Source: an uncultured Candidatus Saccharibacteria bacterium
GTDB taxonomy: Bacteria; Patescibacteriota; Minisyncoccia; Minisyncoccales; Staskawiczbacteraceae
Length of the DNA stretch: 37,764 bases
Direction of reading: 5' to 3'
Assembly: GCA_964404005.1 (NCBI GenBank)
Contig: CAYOIH010000003.1
Location: 1-37,764, forward strand
The notes below the pieces were generated by a model that was not told where the DNA came from, searched no databases, and saw only the letters and a list, made by a program, of their open reading frames with translations. Made by a program: the position numbers and the translations under genes. This document shows positions 1 to 8,034 of this stretch, piece after piece; positions within the stretch are counted from its first letter, which is position 1; each line of letters starts with the position of its first letter.

Positions 1-1
1 G

Positions 2-58
2 GAGCATAAGTTGATTGAAAAATTAGGACAAGGTCCTGCTACGAGATATAAAAAATAA
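2..58 (+). CDS. 3' end of an upstream gene (partial), possibly a C-terminal winged-helix domain
   Basis: Open frame EHKLIEKLGQGPATRYKK* ending TAA at 56-58; LIE..G.G..TRY resembles the wing of C-terminal wHTH domains. Confidence 0.45.
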   Translation, partial: EHKLIEKLGQGPATRYKK

Positions 59-184
59 AATTAATTGAGAAATAGAATAATTAATTAAGTTCGCAGGCCT
101 AAAGTTAATCAATTAATGTATTCAACGTCCCCGCTGAGCGGGGCCGAAGCAAGTCTGTTTGCCTCGCTCACAGACCCGAAAAAT

Positions 185-1177
185 ATGAGTGAAATAAAAA
201 AAGGAGAGATCGTTATTTATCAAACTCCCGACAAGAAAGTAAAAATTGATGTTTCATTGGAAAATGAAACTATTTGGCTTACGCAAGCGCAAATTGCTTT
301 GCTTTTTGGAGTTAATAGGCCGGCCGTTACAAAACATTTAAAGAACATCTTAAAAGAGAAAGAGTTAGACGAAAAATCAGTATGTTCCATTTTGGAACAT
401 ACTGCCCAGGACGGGAAAAAGTATAAAACTCAATTTTACAACCTTGATGCTATTATTTCTGTTGGTTATAGAGTTAATTCTAAAAGAGCGACGCAGTTTA
501 GAATTTGGGCAACCAATACTTTGAAGAATTATTTGGTAAAAGGTTATGCAATAAACGAGAAAAGATTGCTTGAGGCGCAGAACAAATTTAAAGAATTGCA
601 GACCGCCATAGATTTTTTGAAGAAAAAATCGGGTAATGAATTGATGGTTGGGCAGGAGCAGGAAATTTTAAATCTTCTTGCCGACTATTCTAAAACCTTA
701 ACCCTGCTTGAACAATACGATACCGAGAAAATTCCTTTGGCAAAACAAGGCAAGGGTAAATTTGTGTTGGATTATTCTGTTGCCGAAAAGATTATTGCCG
801 GCGTGAAAAAAGAATTGGCAGAGAAGAAAGAGGCCAGCGAGTTGTTTGGTCAGGATAATGGTGAAAAATTAAAAGGCATTGTGGGAAACATCTATCAAAC
901 TTTTGATAAAAAGGATCTTTATCCTTCTATAGAAGAGAAGGCGGCGCATTTGCTTTACTTTATTATTAAGGACCATCCGTTTGTGGACGGCAACAAAAGG
1001 ATTGCTTCGTTTTTGTTCGCGTACTTTTTAGATAAAAATAGTTATTCGTATAAAGAAACCGGGGAGAAAAAAATCAACGATAACGCACTGGTTGCGCTGG
1101 CGCTTTTAATTGCCGTAAGCGATATGTCTGAAAAAGAAAAATTGATAAAAATAATAACAAACCTTTTAACTTCGTAA
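185..1177 (+). CDS. RhuM-like N-terminal domain fused to Fic/Doc domain protein
   Basis: ETIWLTQAQIA, YNLDAIISVGYRVNSKRATQFRIWA (RhuM/virulence family) and Fic motif HPFVDGNKRIA. ATG 185 (MSEIKKGEIVIYQ) preferred over 116. Confidence 0.9.
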   Translation: MSEIKKGEIVIYQTPDKKVKIDVSLENETIWLTQAQIALLFGVNRPAVTKHLKNILKEKELDEKSVCSILEHTAQDGKKYKTQFYNLDAIISVGYRVNSKRATQFRIWATNTLKNYLVKGYAINEKRLLEAQNKFKELQTAIDFLKKKSGNELMVGQEQEILNLLADYSKTLTLLEQYDTEKIPLAKQGKGKFVLDYSVAEKIIAGVKKELAEKKEASELFGQDNGEKLKGIVGNIYQTFDKKDLYPSIEEKAAHLLYFIIKDHPFVDGNKRIASFLFAYFLDKNSYSYKETGEKKINDNALVALALLIAVSDMSEKEKLIKIITNLLTS

Positions 1178-1187
1178 AAAAAATTAT

Positions 1188-1433
1188 ATGACAATACAAG
1201 TTTTTGGGTCGGGATGCCCAACATGCAAAAAGCTATACGAGTTAACAAAAGAGGCGGTGGCCGAGCTTAGTCTTGGCGTAGAAGTGGAATATATTACAGA
1301 CGTGCAAAAGATTGTAGAAATGGGTGTGATGCAAAGCCCGGTTTTGGCTATAAATGGAAAACCTGCTGTTGCAGGGTTTGTGCCCAACAAGGAAAAAATA
1401 ATGGTAATAATCAAGGAGCAGGTAAGTAAATAA
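1188..1433 (+). CDS. Small redox-active disulfide protein (thioredoxin-like, MTH895 type)
   Basis: IQVFGSGCPTC CxxC, GVMQSPVLAING. Confidence 0.9.
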   Translation: MTIQVFGSGCPTCKKLYELTKEAVAELSLGVEVEYITDVQKIVEMGVMQSPVLAINGKPAVAGFVPNKEKIMVIIKEQVSK

Positions 1434-1437
1434 TACT

Positions 1438-2403
1438 ATGAGCATTTTCTATCCTATTCAATTAGTGGCAGACTGGATTACGTATGGTGTGCTTAATATA
1501 GATGGCGGAACGGCGTTGGCCGGAGCGGTCGATTTTTTTATTTTTGACACGGTAAAGATATTTTCTCTTTTAGCTGTTATTATATTTGCCGTTTCTATTG
1601 CGCGCTCGTACATGCCTCCTGAAAAGATAAGGAAGCTTTTGTCGCGCAAGAATAAATATACGGGCAATGTATTGGCCTCACTTTTAGGAATTATTACGCC
1701 CTTTTGCTCTTGCTCGGCTATTCCTTTGTTTTTGGGGTTTGTGCAGGCGGGAGTGCCTTTGGGAGCTACGTTTTCTTTTCTTGTTGCTTCTCCCATGATA
1801 AACGAGGTGGCTTTGGTTTTGCTTTTGGGGTTGTTTGGCTGGAAGATAGCTTTAATATATATAGTAAGCGGATTGGTTATTGCCGTTCTTTCGGGGATTA
1901 TTATAGGAGAGATGAAGGTTAAAGATTTGGTTGAGCCGTTTGTTTTTGAAAATATGGCAAAAGGGGATCAGGAGATTTTAAAAATGACGGGAGCTGAAAG
2001 GACAAGTTATGCTAAGGGTTATACATGGGATATTTTAAAAAGGGTTTGGCTTTATGTTGTAATAGGCGTTGGCGTTGGAGCCTGGATACACGGATATGTG
2101 CCCGCCGACTTTTTGGCGCAATACGCGGGGTCGGGTAAATGGTATGCTGTGCCTTTGGCTGTGTTAATTGGTATTCCATTGTACTCAAACGCCGCCGGGG
2201 TCATACCCCTGGTGAGCGCGCTAACAGAAAAAGGAGTTGCCATGGGCACAACTTTGGCTTTTATGATGTCGGTTACGGCTTTGTCTTTGCCCGAGTTTAT
2301 GATTTTAAAGAAGGTGATGAAGACACGCCTTATTTTAATTTTTGTAGGCATTGTTGGCGTTGGCATTGTGCTTACAGGCCTTTTATTCAACTGGATTTTG
2401 TAG
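1438..2403 (+). CDS. Permease, DUF318/ArsP family
   Basis: TPFCSCSAIP, FLVASPMINE, ALSLPE motifs; multiple TM segments. Confidence 0.9.
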   Translation: MSIFYPIQLVADWITYGVLNIDGGTALAGAVDFFIFDTVKIFSLLAVIIFAVSIARSYMPPEKIRKLLSRKNKYTGNVLASLLGIITPFCSCSAIPLFLGFVQAGVPLGATFSFLVASPMINEVALVLLLGLFGWKIALIYIVSGLVIAVLSGIIIGEMKVKDLVEPFVFENMAKGDQEILKMTGAERTSYAKGYTWDILKRVWLYVVIGVGVGAWIHGYVPADFLAQYAGSGKWYAVPLAVLIGIPLYSNAAGVIPLVSALTEKGVAMGTTLAFMMSVTALSLPEFMILKKVMKTRLILIFVGIVGVGIVLTGLLFNWIL

Positions 2404-2437
2404 TTGCCCCTCGTGTATTTTTTTGGTAAGTTAAATT

Positions 2438-2740
2438 ATGGAAAAGGAAATAAATTTGGAAAATATAATAGCCCATGGCGCCCTTATAATTGATGTACGT
2501 ACTGTTGGAGAATATAAAAACGGGCATATTCAGGGATCATTAAATGTTTCATTAAACGACATAGAAGATGCAATGTCTTGGTTAATAAAAGACGTGCCCT
2601 TGGTTGTTGTATGTGAAACCGGCAGTAGGAGCGCGGTTGCTGAAAAAATATTAAAAACTAACGGATATAAAGCGGTTTACAACGGCGGAAGTTGGGACAG
2701 CTTGGGAAGTATAAAAGCGGGAGGCTGTCCAATTAAATAA
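2438..2740 (+). CDS. Rhodanese-like domain protein
   Basis: IIDVRTVGEYKNGHIQGS, active-site loop CETGSRS. Confidence 0.9.
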   Translation: MEKEINLENIIAHGALIIDVRTVGEYKNGHIQGSLNVSLNDIEDAMSWLIKDVPLVVVCETGSRSAVAEKILKTNGYKAVYNGGSWDSLGSIKAGGCPIK

Positions 2741-2816
2741 AAAAATTAATTAGGCTATTTTTTTGTCCTTCGGGCAATTTTTTGGTACAATGCAAAAATA
2801 CTTTAGATAATTTATT

Positions 2817-3737
2817 ATGATTAAAATATATCAAAAAAGAATTTCAGATTCCAAAATAAAAGAAATTTCAGAATTTAGGGCCGGATCTTGGATATGCGCG
2901 CAAAATGCGAGCGAAGGAGAGATAGCTGTTTTGGAAAAAGATTTTAAGCTGGATTTAAATATATTAAGGGATGCATTAGATCCTTATGAAGCTCCTCGTG
3001 TGGAAACAGAAAGGGGGATAGTGTATATATTTACGCGAGTGGCTCAAAAATCAGAAGAGAGAATTGTTACAGTTCCTTTGTTAATAGCTATTGGGCCGGA
3101 TTTTGTTTTAACGCTTTCCAAAGAAGAAAACCAGATTCTTAATAAGTTTATAGAAAGCGGGTTGAGCTTTACAACCACGCAAAAAACACAATTACTTTTG
3201 AGAATTCTTTCTGAAACAATAAAGAGTTATAATAGTTTTTTAACTTCTATAAGCAGGAATGTAAGAGAGGCAAGCGGGAGGGTCGGAAAAATAAACGAGA
3301 AAGTGATTATGAATTTTGTCGGTTTTGAAGAAGAGTTGAACGATTTTCTTTCGGCTCTTACCCACACGAATCCCGTTTTGCAAAATATTTTAGGAGGAAA
3401 ACTGATAAAACTTTACGAGCAAGATGGGGAACTAATGGAGGATTTAATTTTAAGCGCGAACCAGCTAATAAATCTTTGTCAATCTACGCTTAAAAATATT
3501 GTTAATATCAGGGAAGCTTATTCGACAATTGTTACAAATGACCTTAACCGAGTTATCAAACTATTTACTTCTTTCACTGTTATACTTACAATTCCTACGA
3601 TAATTGCCAGTTTATACGGTATGAACGTGGCGCTTCCTTTGGCGGGAAACCCGGAAGCTTTTTGGATGATATCATTGGCGATAGTGGTTATTGTTTCAGC
3701 TGTTTTATACGTATTTAGCAGAAATAGGTGGTTGTAG
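2817..3737 (+). CDS. corA: CorA-family Mg2+ transporter
   Basis: C-terminal two TMs with PTIIASLYGMN signature. Confidence 0.9.
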   Translation: MIKIYQKRISDSKIKEISEFRAGSWICAQNASEGEIAVLEKDFKLDLNILRDALDPYEAPRVETERGIVYIFTRVAQKSEERIVTVPLLIAIGPDFVLTLSKEENQILNKFIESGLSFTTTQKTQLLLRILSETIKSYNSFLTSISRNVREASGRVGKINEKVIMNFVGFEEELNDFLSALTHTNPVLQNILGGKLIKLYEQDGELMEDLILSANQLINLCQSTLKNIVNIREAYSTIVTNDLNRVIKLFTSFTVILTIPTIIASLYGMNVALPLAGNPEAFWMISLAIVVIVSAVLYVFSRNRWL

Positions 3738-3767
3738 TCTGCAGTGTTGCTAAAAACAAATTACTCA

Positions 3768-3793
3768 CCACCTTTAAGTTGAGGTGGTTTTTT
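3768..3793 (+). terminator. Intrinsic terminator after corA
   Basis: CCACCT...AGGTGG stem followed by T run. Confidence 0.7.
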
Positions 3794-3806
3794 GGTAAAA
3801 TGACGT

Positions 3807-4451
3807 ATGAAGCGTTTTTTTATTTTTTGCATAATTATTTTTTTAATAATTGTTACCTCAATTTTTGCTGTTAATTTAATTATTTGTACTGTATCTTCGC
3901 CACATATTTTTAACGAAGTTTCTGTAGCCCCCGATGTAGAAACAGCGGTTATACCCGGAGCAGCCGTGCTATCAAATGGCGGTCTTTCTCCTATATTAAA
4001 AGATCGAGTGGACATGGCTGTTCAATTGTATAAATTAAAAAAAGTATCAAAGATTCTTGTATCTGGAGACAACAGCACTGTAAGCCATAACGAAGTTAAT
4101 CCGGTCCGTATTTATCTTTTGGATAAGGGTGTTTTAGACCAAGATATCTTTCTTGACCATGCCGGTTTTAACACTTATAGCACTATGTATCGCGCTAGGG
4201 ATATTTTTAAGGTGAATTCTATCCTTATTGTAAGTCAGTCGTTCCATTTGCCCCGTGCAGTATTTATTGCTCGCTCGCTTGGGATAAACGCATACGGAGT
4301 TAACGCAGACGCGGGCCATATTCTTTTTAAAAACTATGTTAGAGAAGTTTTTGCAAACGAGAAAGCAGTAATAAATTTAATGTTTGGTACGAAACCAAAA
4401 TATTTAGGAGCAGAGATACCCATAACGGGAGACGGGAGAGACAATCCATAA
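3807..4451 (+). CDS. SanA/YdcF (DUF218) family protein
   Basis: N-terminal TM, KILVSGDN, DHAGFNTYSTMYRA, QSFHLPRAVFIA, REVFA. Confidence 0.88.
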   Translation: MKRFFIFCIIIFLIIVTSIFAVNLIICTVSSPHIFNEVSVAPDVETAVIPGAAVLSNGGLSPILKDRVDMAVQLYKLKKVSKILVSGDNSTVSHNEVNPVRIYLLDKGVLDQDIFLDHAGFNTYSTMYRARDIFKVNSILIVSQSFHLPRAVFIARSLGINAYGVNADAGHILFKNYVREVFANEKAVINLMFGTKPKYLGAEIPITGDGRDNP

Positions 4452-4470
4452 TTTTAAAAACCACCTTTTC

Positions 4471-4499
4471 CCGCCTGATTGCCCCTCGGGCGGTTTTTT
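4471..4499 (+). terminator. Intrinsic terminator
   Basis: CCGCCTGA...TCGGGCGG stem plus TTTTTT. Confidence 0.7.
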
Positions 4500-4670
4500 G
4501 ATAAAACTATAATAAATCTTTAATTGTTCATTTTATACAGTTGACGTCTAAAACCGAGCAGGGTATTGCTATTATATTGACAATGTGCTAAGGTTAGTGT
4601 TCAATCTAATATATCTTAATACGTAATTAAATGTCCTAATTTTAGTAAAAATTGGACTCAAAATAATCTT

Positions 4671-5717
4671 ATGAAAAAAATAATCATTGTAAGTATATTT
4701 TTATCAGCGTTTCTTATCTTGGCATACATGGGAATAGGGATTGGGAGCGCGATAGCATCATCGGTCGCCGTTTCGTCATCATCCGCAACAGCATCGGCCG
4801 GATCGGCGTCCGCGACAGCGGGCGGTTCAGCAGCAGCATCTTCAGCGGGCTCGGCTTCTTCAGCTTCGTCATCGGCTTCTTCGTCCGCCTCGGCATCTGC
4901 GTCCACCCCAACACCGACACCGGTTATACCAACTTGCACTTCAAACTATCAACAGAGATGTTTGGGAAACAACCTTTATTGGTATGACTCTTGCGGAAAT
5001 CCGCAAGGCATTGCTCAAAACTGTACTAACGGATGTTATAACAATTTATGCCAAGGGTTTATTATCAACGGAAATACAGGAATGTTGACCGTAACTAAAA
5101 CGGTTAGAAACTTGACCAGTGGTTTAGGATTTTCCAGCTCAATCTATGCTTATCCCTCCGATACGCTGATGTTTATGATTACGGTTGTAAATAATAGTGG
5201 GCAGAATATCCAAAATGTGTTTGTTAGGGATGTGCTTCCGGCAAATCTTATTTATAATAATAATTTGATTATTGCCTGCACAACAAATAATGGAAATTAT
5301 AATAACTGCAACGGCGGGAATTATAATTATTCGGGAAATATTACATCGGGCATAAACTTAAATACAATGTACGCCGGCCAAACAGCCACAATAACTTATC
5401 AGGCGCAAGTAGCTCCGACAACAAGTTTTGTTTATGGCTCTACAACTTTAACCAACAATGTATCTGTAACCAGCTCATCGTCAGGTTATATACCAACTGC
5501 CAACGCAACAGTCATTGTCACAAAGTCGGCAGTATTAGGGGCTAGCACTGTTTCAACCGGTTTGACTAATAACTTTTGGTTGGATTCATTTTTCTTGCCA
5601 TTAATGCTTATCTTGGTTGGATTTTGGATGTGGAGGTCCGGGATATTTTTTGGGATTTGGAGATGGCTGGCTAACAAAAAAGAAACAAGTAAAATAAGCG
5701 GTTTGGAAAGTCTCTAA
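4671..5717 (+). CDS. Cell-surface protein: Ser/Ala tract, Cys-rich module, DUF11-type Ig-like domain, C-terminal anchor
   Basis: Signal/TM; S/A low-complexity stretch; PTPTP linker; C..RC...YWYDSCG...C...C....C; LTVTKTVRN..DTLMFMITVVN..VFVRDVLPANL (DUF11-like); VSTG followed by hydrophobic segment and basic tail. Confidence 0.75.
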   Translation: MKKIIIVSIFLSAFLILAYMGIGIGSAIASSVAVSSSSATASAGSASATAGGSAAASSAGSASSASSSASSSASASASTPTPTPVIPTCTSNYQQRCLGNNLYWYDSCGNPQGIAQNCTNGCYNNLCQGFIINGNTGMLTVTKTVRNLTSGLGFSSSIYAYPSDTLMFMITVVNNSGQNIQNVFVRDVLPANLIYNNNLIIACTTNNGNYNNCNGGNYNYSGNITSGINLNTMYAGQTATITYQAQVAPTTSFVYGSTTLTNNVSVTSSSSGYIPTANATVIVTKSAVLGASTVSTGLTNNFWLDSFFLPLMLILVGFWMWRSGIFFGIWRWLANKKETSKISGLESL

Positions 5718-5820
5718 AAAGATTCGATAAATCGGAAGTTACGCAACTGTGAACAGTATCCGCTTATAGGCTTGCTTCTGTGCAGGCCCATAAGCAGATG
5801 TGGGAATGTCTATGTTGCTA

Positions 5821-5849
5821 TTTACAATTTTGTTTGTATATGTTATGAT
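5821..5849 (+). promoter_or_regulatory. Sigma70-type promoter for 5964 ORF
   Basis: TTTACA-17 nt-TATGAT with TG extended -10. Confidence 0.6.
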
Positions 5850-5963
5850 TGGATTTCGAGGGGATCTTTAACAAAAACAATGAATTGACGCATTGTGTGC
5901 GCCAACTCTAATGATAAAGACGTAGAGATGAACAACGGCATTATTTGAGCGAAGGAGCATTTT

Positions 5964-6611
5964 ATGAAAAAGGTATTGTTTGGATTTGTCCTTGTAGCAA
6001 GCCTTGTGGGCTGTGCCAGCTCGAAGACTGAGATGATGGGTAAGCCAGTCATTTGGGGCGATAAGGCCTATGTGGGCATAATGGCGGAGAGAGTGAACCC
6101 CTGGGGCACGAATGGCCTTACTATAGGGATGGCGGAGGCGACCGTAAGCCCGCCCCCGCAACAGCAGTATTGTCCGCCGCCACAATATCAGCCGGCCCCT
6201 CAACAGCAACAGCGGCCATATTGTCCTCTGTTCCCGCGGCAACCTGCGCCGCAGCAACACTATCGTCCACAGCCGCCACCAGTGGTTCAACAACAGCAAC
6301 AGCAACAGCGGTATTGCGAGCCACCCCAGCGACAACAGTATTGCGAGCCGCCACAACGGCAGCAGTATATAATGAATGGCCCGGGTCAATGTGTGGTGTT
6401 TACTGGCACCCATATGGTCAATTTTAACAACGCCAGCAGTATCGGCTGGGCCAACGGCGCCTTCCAAGGGGCGGTTGGCGATGCAATAATCGGCGGCTCC
6501 ATGATGGGAGCGGCATGCTTATTGAAGCCTTCACGGGTGTCAATGAGGGGCGGAGGAGCATCTTCTGCCTCGTCTTCATCGGCAGCCGCAGCAGCCGCAG
6601 CCGGCGACTAA
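5964..6611 (+). CDS. Orphan putative lipoprotein with Gln/Pro-rich repeats and glycine-zipper-like C-terminus
   Basis: AAGGAG SD at 5952-5957; MKK + hydrophobic + LVGC lipobox; YC-x-PPQ repeats; GAFQGAVGDAIIGG. Confidence 0.75.
   Translation: MKKVLFGFVLVASLVGCASSKTEMMGKPVIWGDKAYVGIMAERVNPWGTNGLTIGMAEATVSPPPQQQYCPPPQYQPAPQQQQRPYCPLFPRQPAPQQHYRPQPPPVVQQQQQQQRYCEPPQRQQYCEPPQRQQYIMNGPGQCVVFTGTHMVNFNNASSIGWANGAFQGAVGDAIIGGSMMGAACLLKPSRVSMRGGGASSASSSSAAAAAAAGD
6312..6365 (+). repeat. Tandem 27-nt coding repeat (2x YCEPPQRQQ)
   Basis: tattgcgagccaccccagcgacaacag / tattgcgagccgccacaacggcagcag; 5 differences, all synonymous. Confidence 0.9.
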
Positions 6612-6680
6612 GAGTTATTGCCCTTTGGGGCAATAACTCCGCGGCGTACCAGTTTACATAACTGGTCCGCCGCTTTTTTT
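6612..6680 (+). terminator. Perfect hairpin followed by intrinsic terminator
   Basis: GAGTTATTGCCC-TTTG-GGGCAATAACTC then GCGGCG.ACCAGTT...AACTGGT.CGCCGC-T7. Confidence 0.85.
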
Positions 6681-6713
6681 ATAGAAAGCAACTTTTTAAT
6701 TGAGGCGGTTTTT

Positions 6714-6742
6714 TTGACAATTTTAATATTTCAATGTATAGT
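6714..6742 (+). promoter_or_regulatory. Sigma70-type promoter for the helicase (probably leaderless or very short leader)
   Basis: TTGACA-17 nt-TATAGT; ATG 8 nt downstream. Confidence 0.6.
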
Positions 6743-6750
6743 CAACATAT

Positions 6751-8034
6751 ATGAATAAACACATAGAAGCGCCCGTAAAAAATGATTCGCCTGCGCAGGC
6801 GGGGACAGGAGTGACCTTTGGCGGTCTTGGCATAGCTCCGAAAATTCTTGATGTAATTTCAAAACTGGGATTTAAAATTCCTACTTCGATACAGCACAAA
6901 GCAATTCCTTCAGCTATTGAGGGTAAGGATATCATTGGCATAGCCCAGACAGGCACAGGTAAAACTTTGGCTTTTGGAATTCCTTTAATCCAGCGTATTT
7001 TAAATGCAAAACGACCCAAGGGGTACCCCGACGGGCTGATTGTATTGCCAACCCGGGAATTGGCATTACAAGTAGATGAAGCCATACAAAAGATAGGAAG
7101 AGGGTTTGGCATAAAAACAGCGGTTCTAATTGGGGGAGCTTCTATGTACAATCAGGTGTACTCGATAAGAAATAATCCACATATTATAATCGGAACTCCC
7201 GGAAGAATTATTGACCACATTGAAAGGCGGACTTTAAGCTTGCGCGATGTTACAATTCTGGTTTTAGACGAAGCTGACAGGATGTTCGATATGGGATTTG
7301 CCCCGCAGATAAAAAAAATACTGCAGGTGGTTCCAAAAGAAAGGCAGACAATGCTGTTTTCAGCAACGATGCCGGATGGCATCGCAAAAATTGCCAGCTC
7401 TCACATGAAACTTCCTGTCAGAGTAGAAATAGCTAAATCCGGAACTACTGCTGAAAACATTGAGCACGAACTTTTTGTCGTCAGAAAAGACCAGAAACTT
7501 CCGCTGTTAAAAAAATTGCTTGGAGATTATAAAGGAAGCGTTTTAATTTTTTTAAGAATCAAACATAATGCCAGAAAAATTTGCGATGAGCTGCGCAATG
7601 TTGGAATTTCTGCCGCTGAAATACACTCAAACAGATCTTTGGGCCAGAGAAAAGAAGCGCTGGAAGGATTTAAGATGGGCAGATACAGAGTGCTTGTGGC
7701 AACAGATATTGCTTCACGCGGAATAGACGTAAAGGGAATTGAGCTGGTTATTAATTTTGACCTTCCCGAAAATCCGGAAGATTATGTCCATCGTATCGGG
7801 AGAACCGGTAGGGCCGGAATGTCTGGAAAAGCCATTTCTTTTTGTTTGCCGGACCAGGGGTCTAAAGTTAGAGAGATAGAAAGATTGACCAGGCTTTTTC
7901 TGCCTATTTCAAAATTACCGGATTTGCCTGCCAGTTCGGTCCAGAGAACAAACACTTCTGATAGTTTTAATAAAAATAATTATCCTCAACGCAGAAGGCC
8001 GTCAAGCCGTTTTAATCATGGTAGAAGATACTAA
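6751..8034 (+). CDS. DEAD-box RNA helicase (RhlE-like)
   Basis: Q motif, AQTGTGKT, PTRELA, TPGR, LDEAD, SAT, SRGID, HRIGRTGRAG. Confidence 0.95.
   Translation: MNKHIEAPVKNDSPAQAGTGVTFGGLGIAPKILDVISKLGFKIPTSIQHKAIPSAIEGKDIIGIAQTGTGKTLAFGIPLIQRILNAKRPKGYPDGLIVLPTRELALQVDEAIQKIGRGFGIKTAVLIGGASMYNQVYSIRNNPHIIIGTPGRIIDHIERRTLSLRDVTILVLDEADRMFDMGFAPQIKKILQVVPKERQTMLFSATMPDGIAKIASSHMKLPVRVEIAKSGTTAENIEHELFVVRKDQKLPLLKKLLGDYKGSVLIFLRIKHNARKICDELRNVGISAAEIHSNRSLGQRKEALEGFKMGRYRVLVATDIASRGIDVKGIELVINFDLPENPEDYVHRIGRTGRAGMSGKAISFCLPDQGSKVREIERLTRLFLPISKLPDLPASSVQRTNTSDSFNKNNYPQRRRPSSRFNHGRRY

Noticed and set aside
116-184. Longer starts proposed by the ORF track (116, 9799, 15489, 19333, 21647, 30073, 34491, 35248, 35423)
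   Set aside because: Extensions overlap promoters, hairpins or upstream genes; downstream ATGs fit domain starts, SD sites or ATGA coupling
1188-2740. Thioredoxin-permease-rhodanese as a novel system or full arsenic operon
   Set aside because: Common gene pairing; no arsR, arsC or acr3 in the window, so only family-level calls are supported
5868-6633. Antisense and alternate-frame ORFs over the Q/P-rich gene (199, 85, 77, 69 aa) and over 4658..4939
   Set aside because: Shadows of GC-rich low-complexity coding sequence; promoter, SD and terminator support the + strand genes
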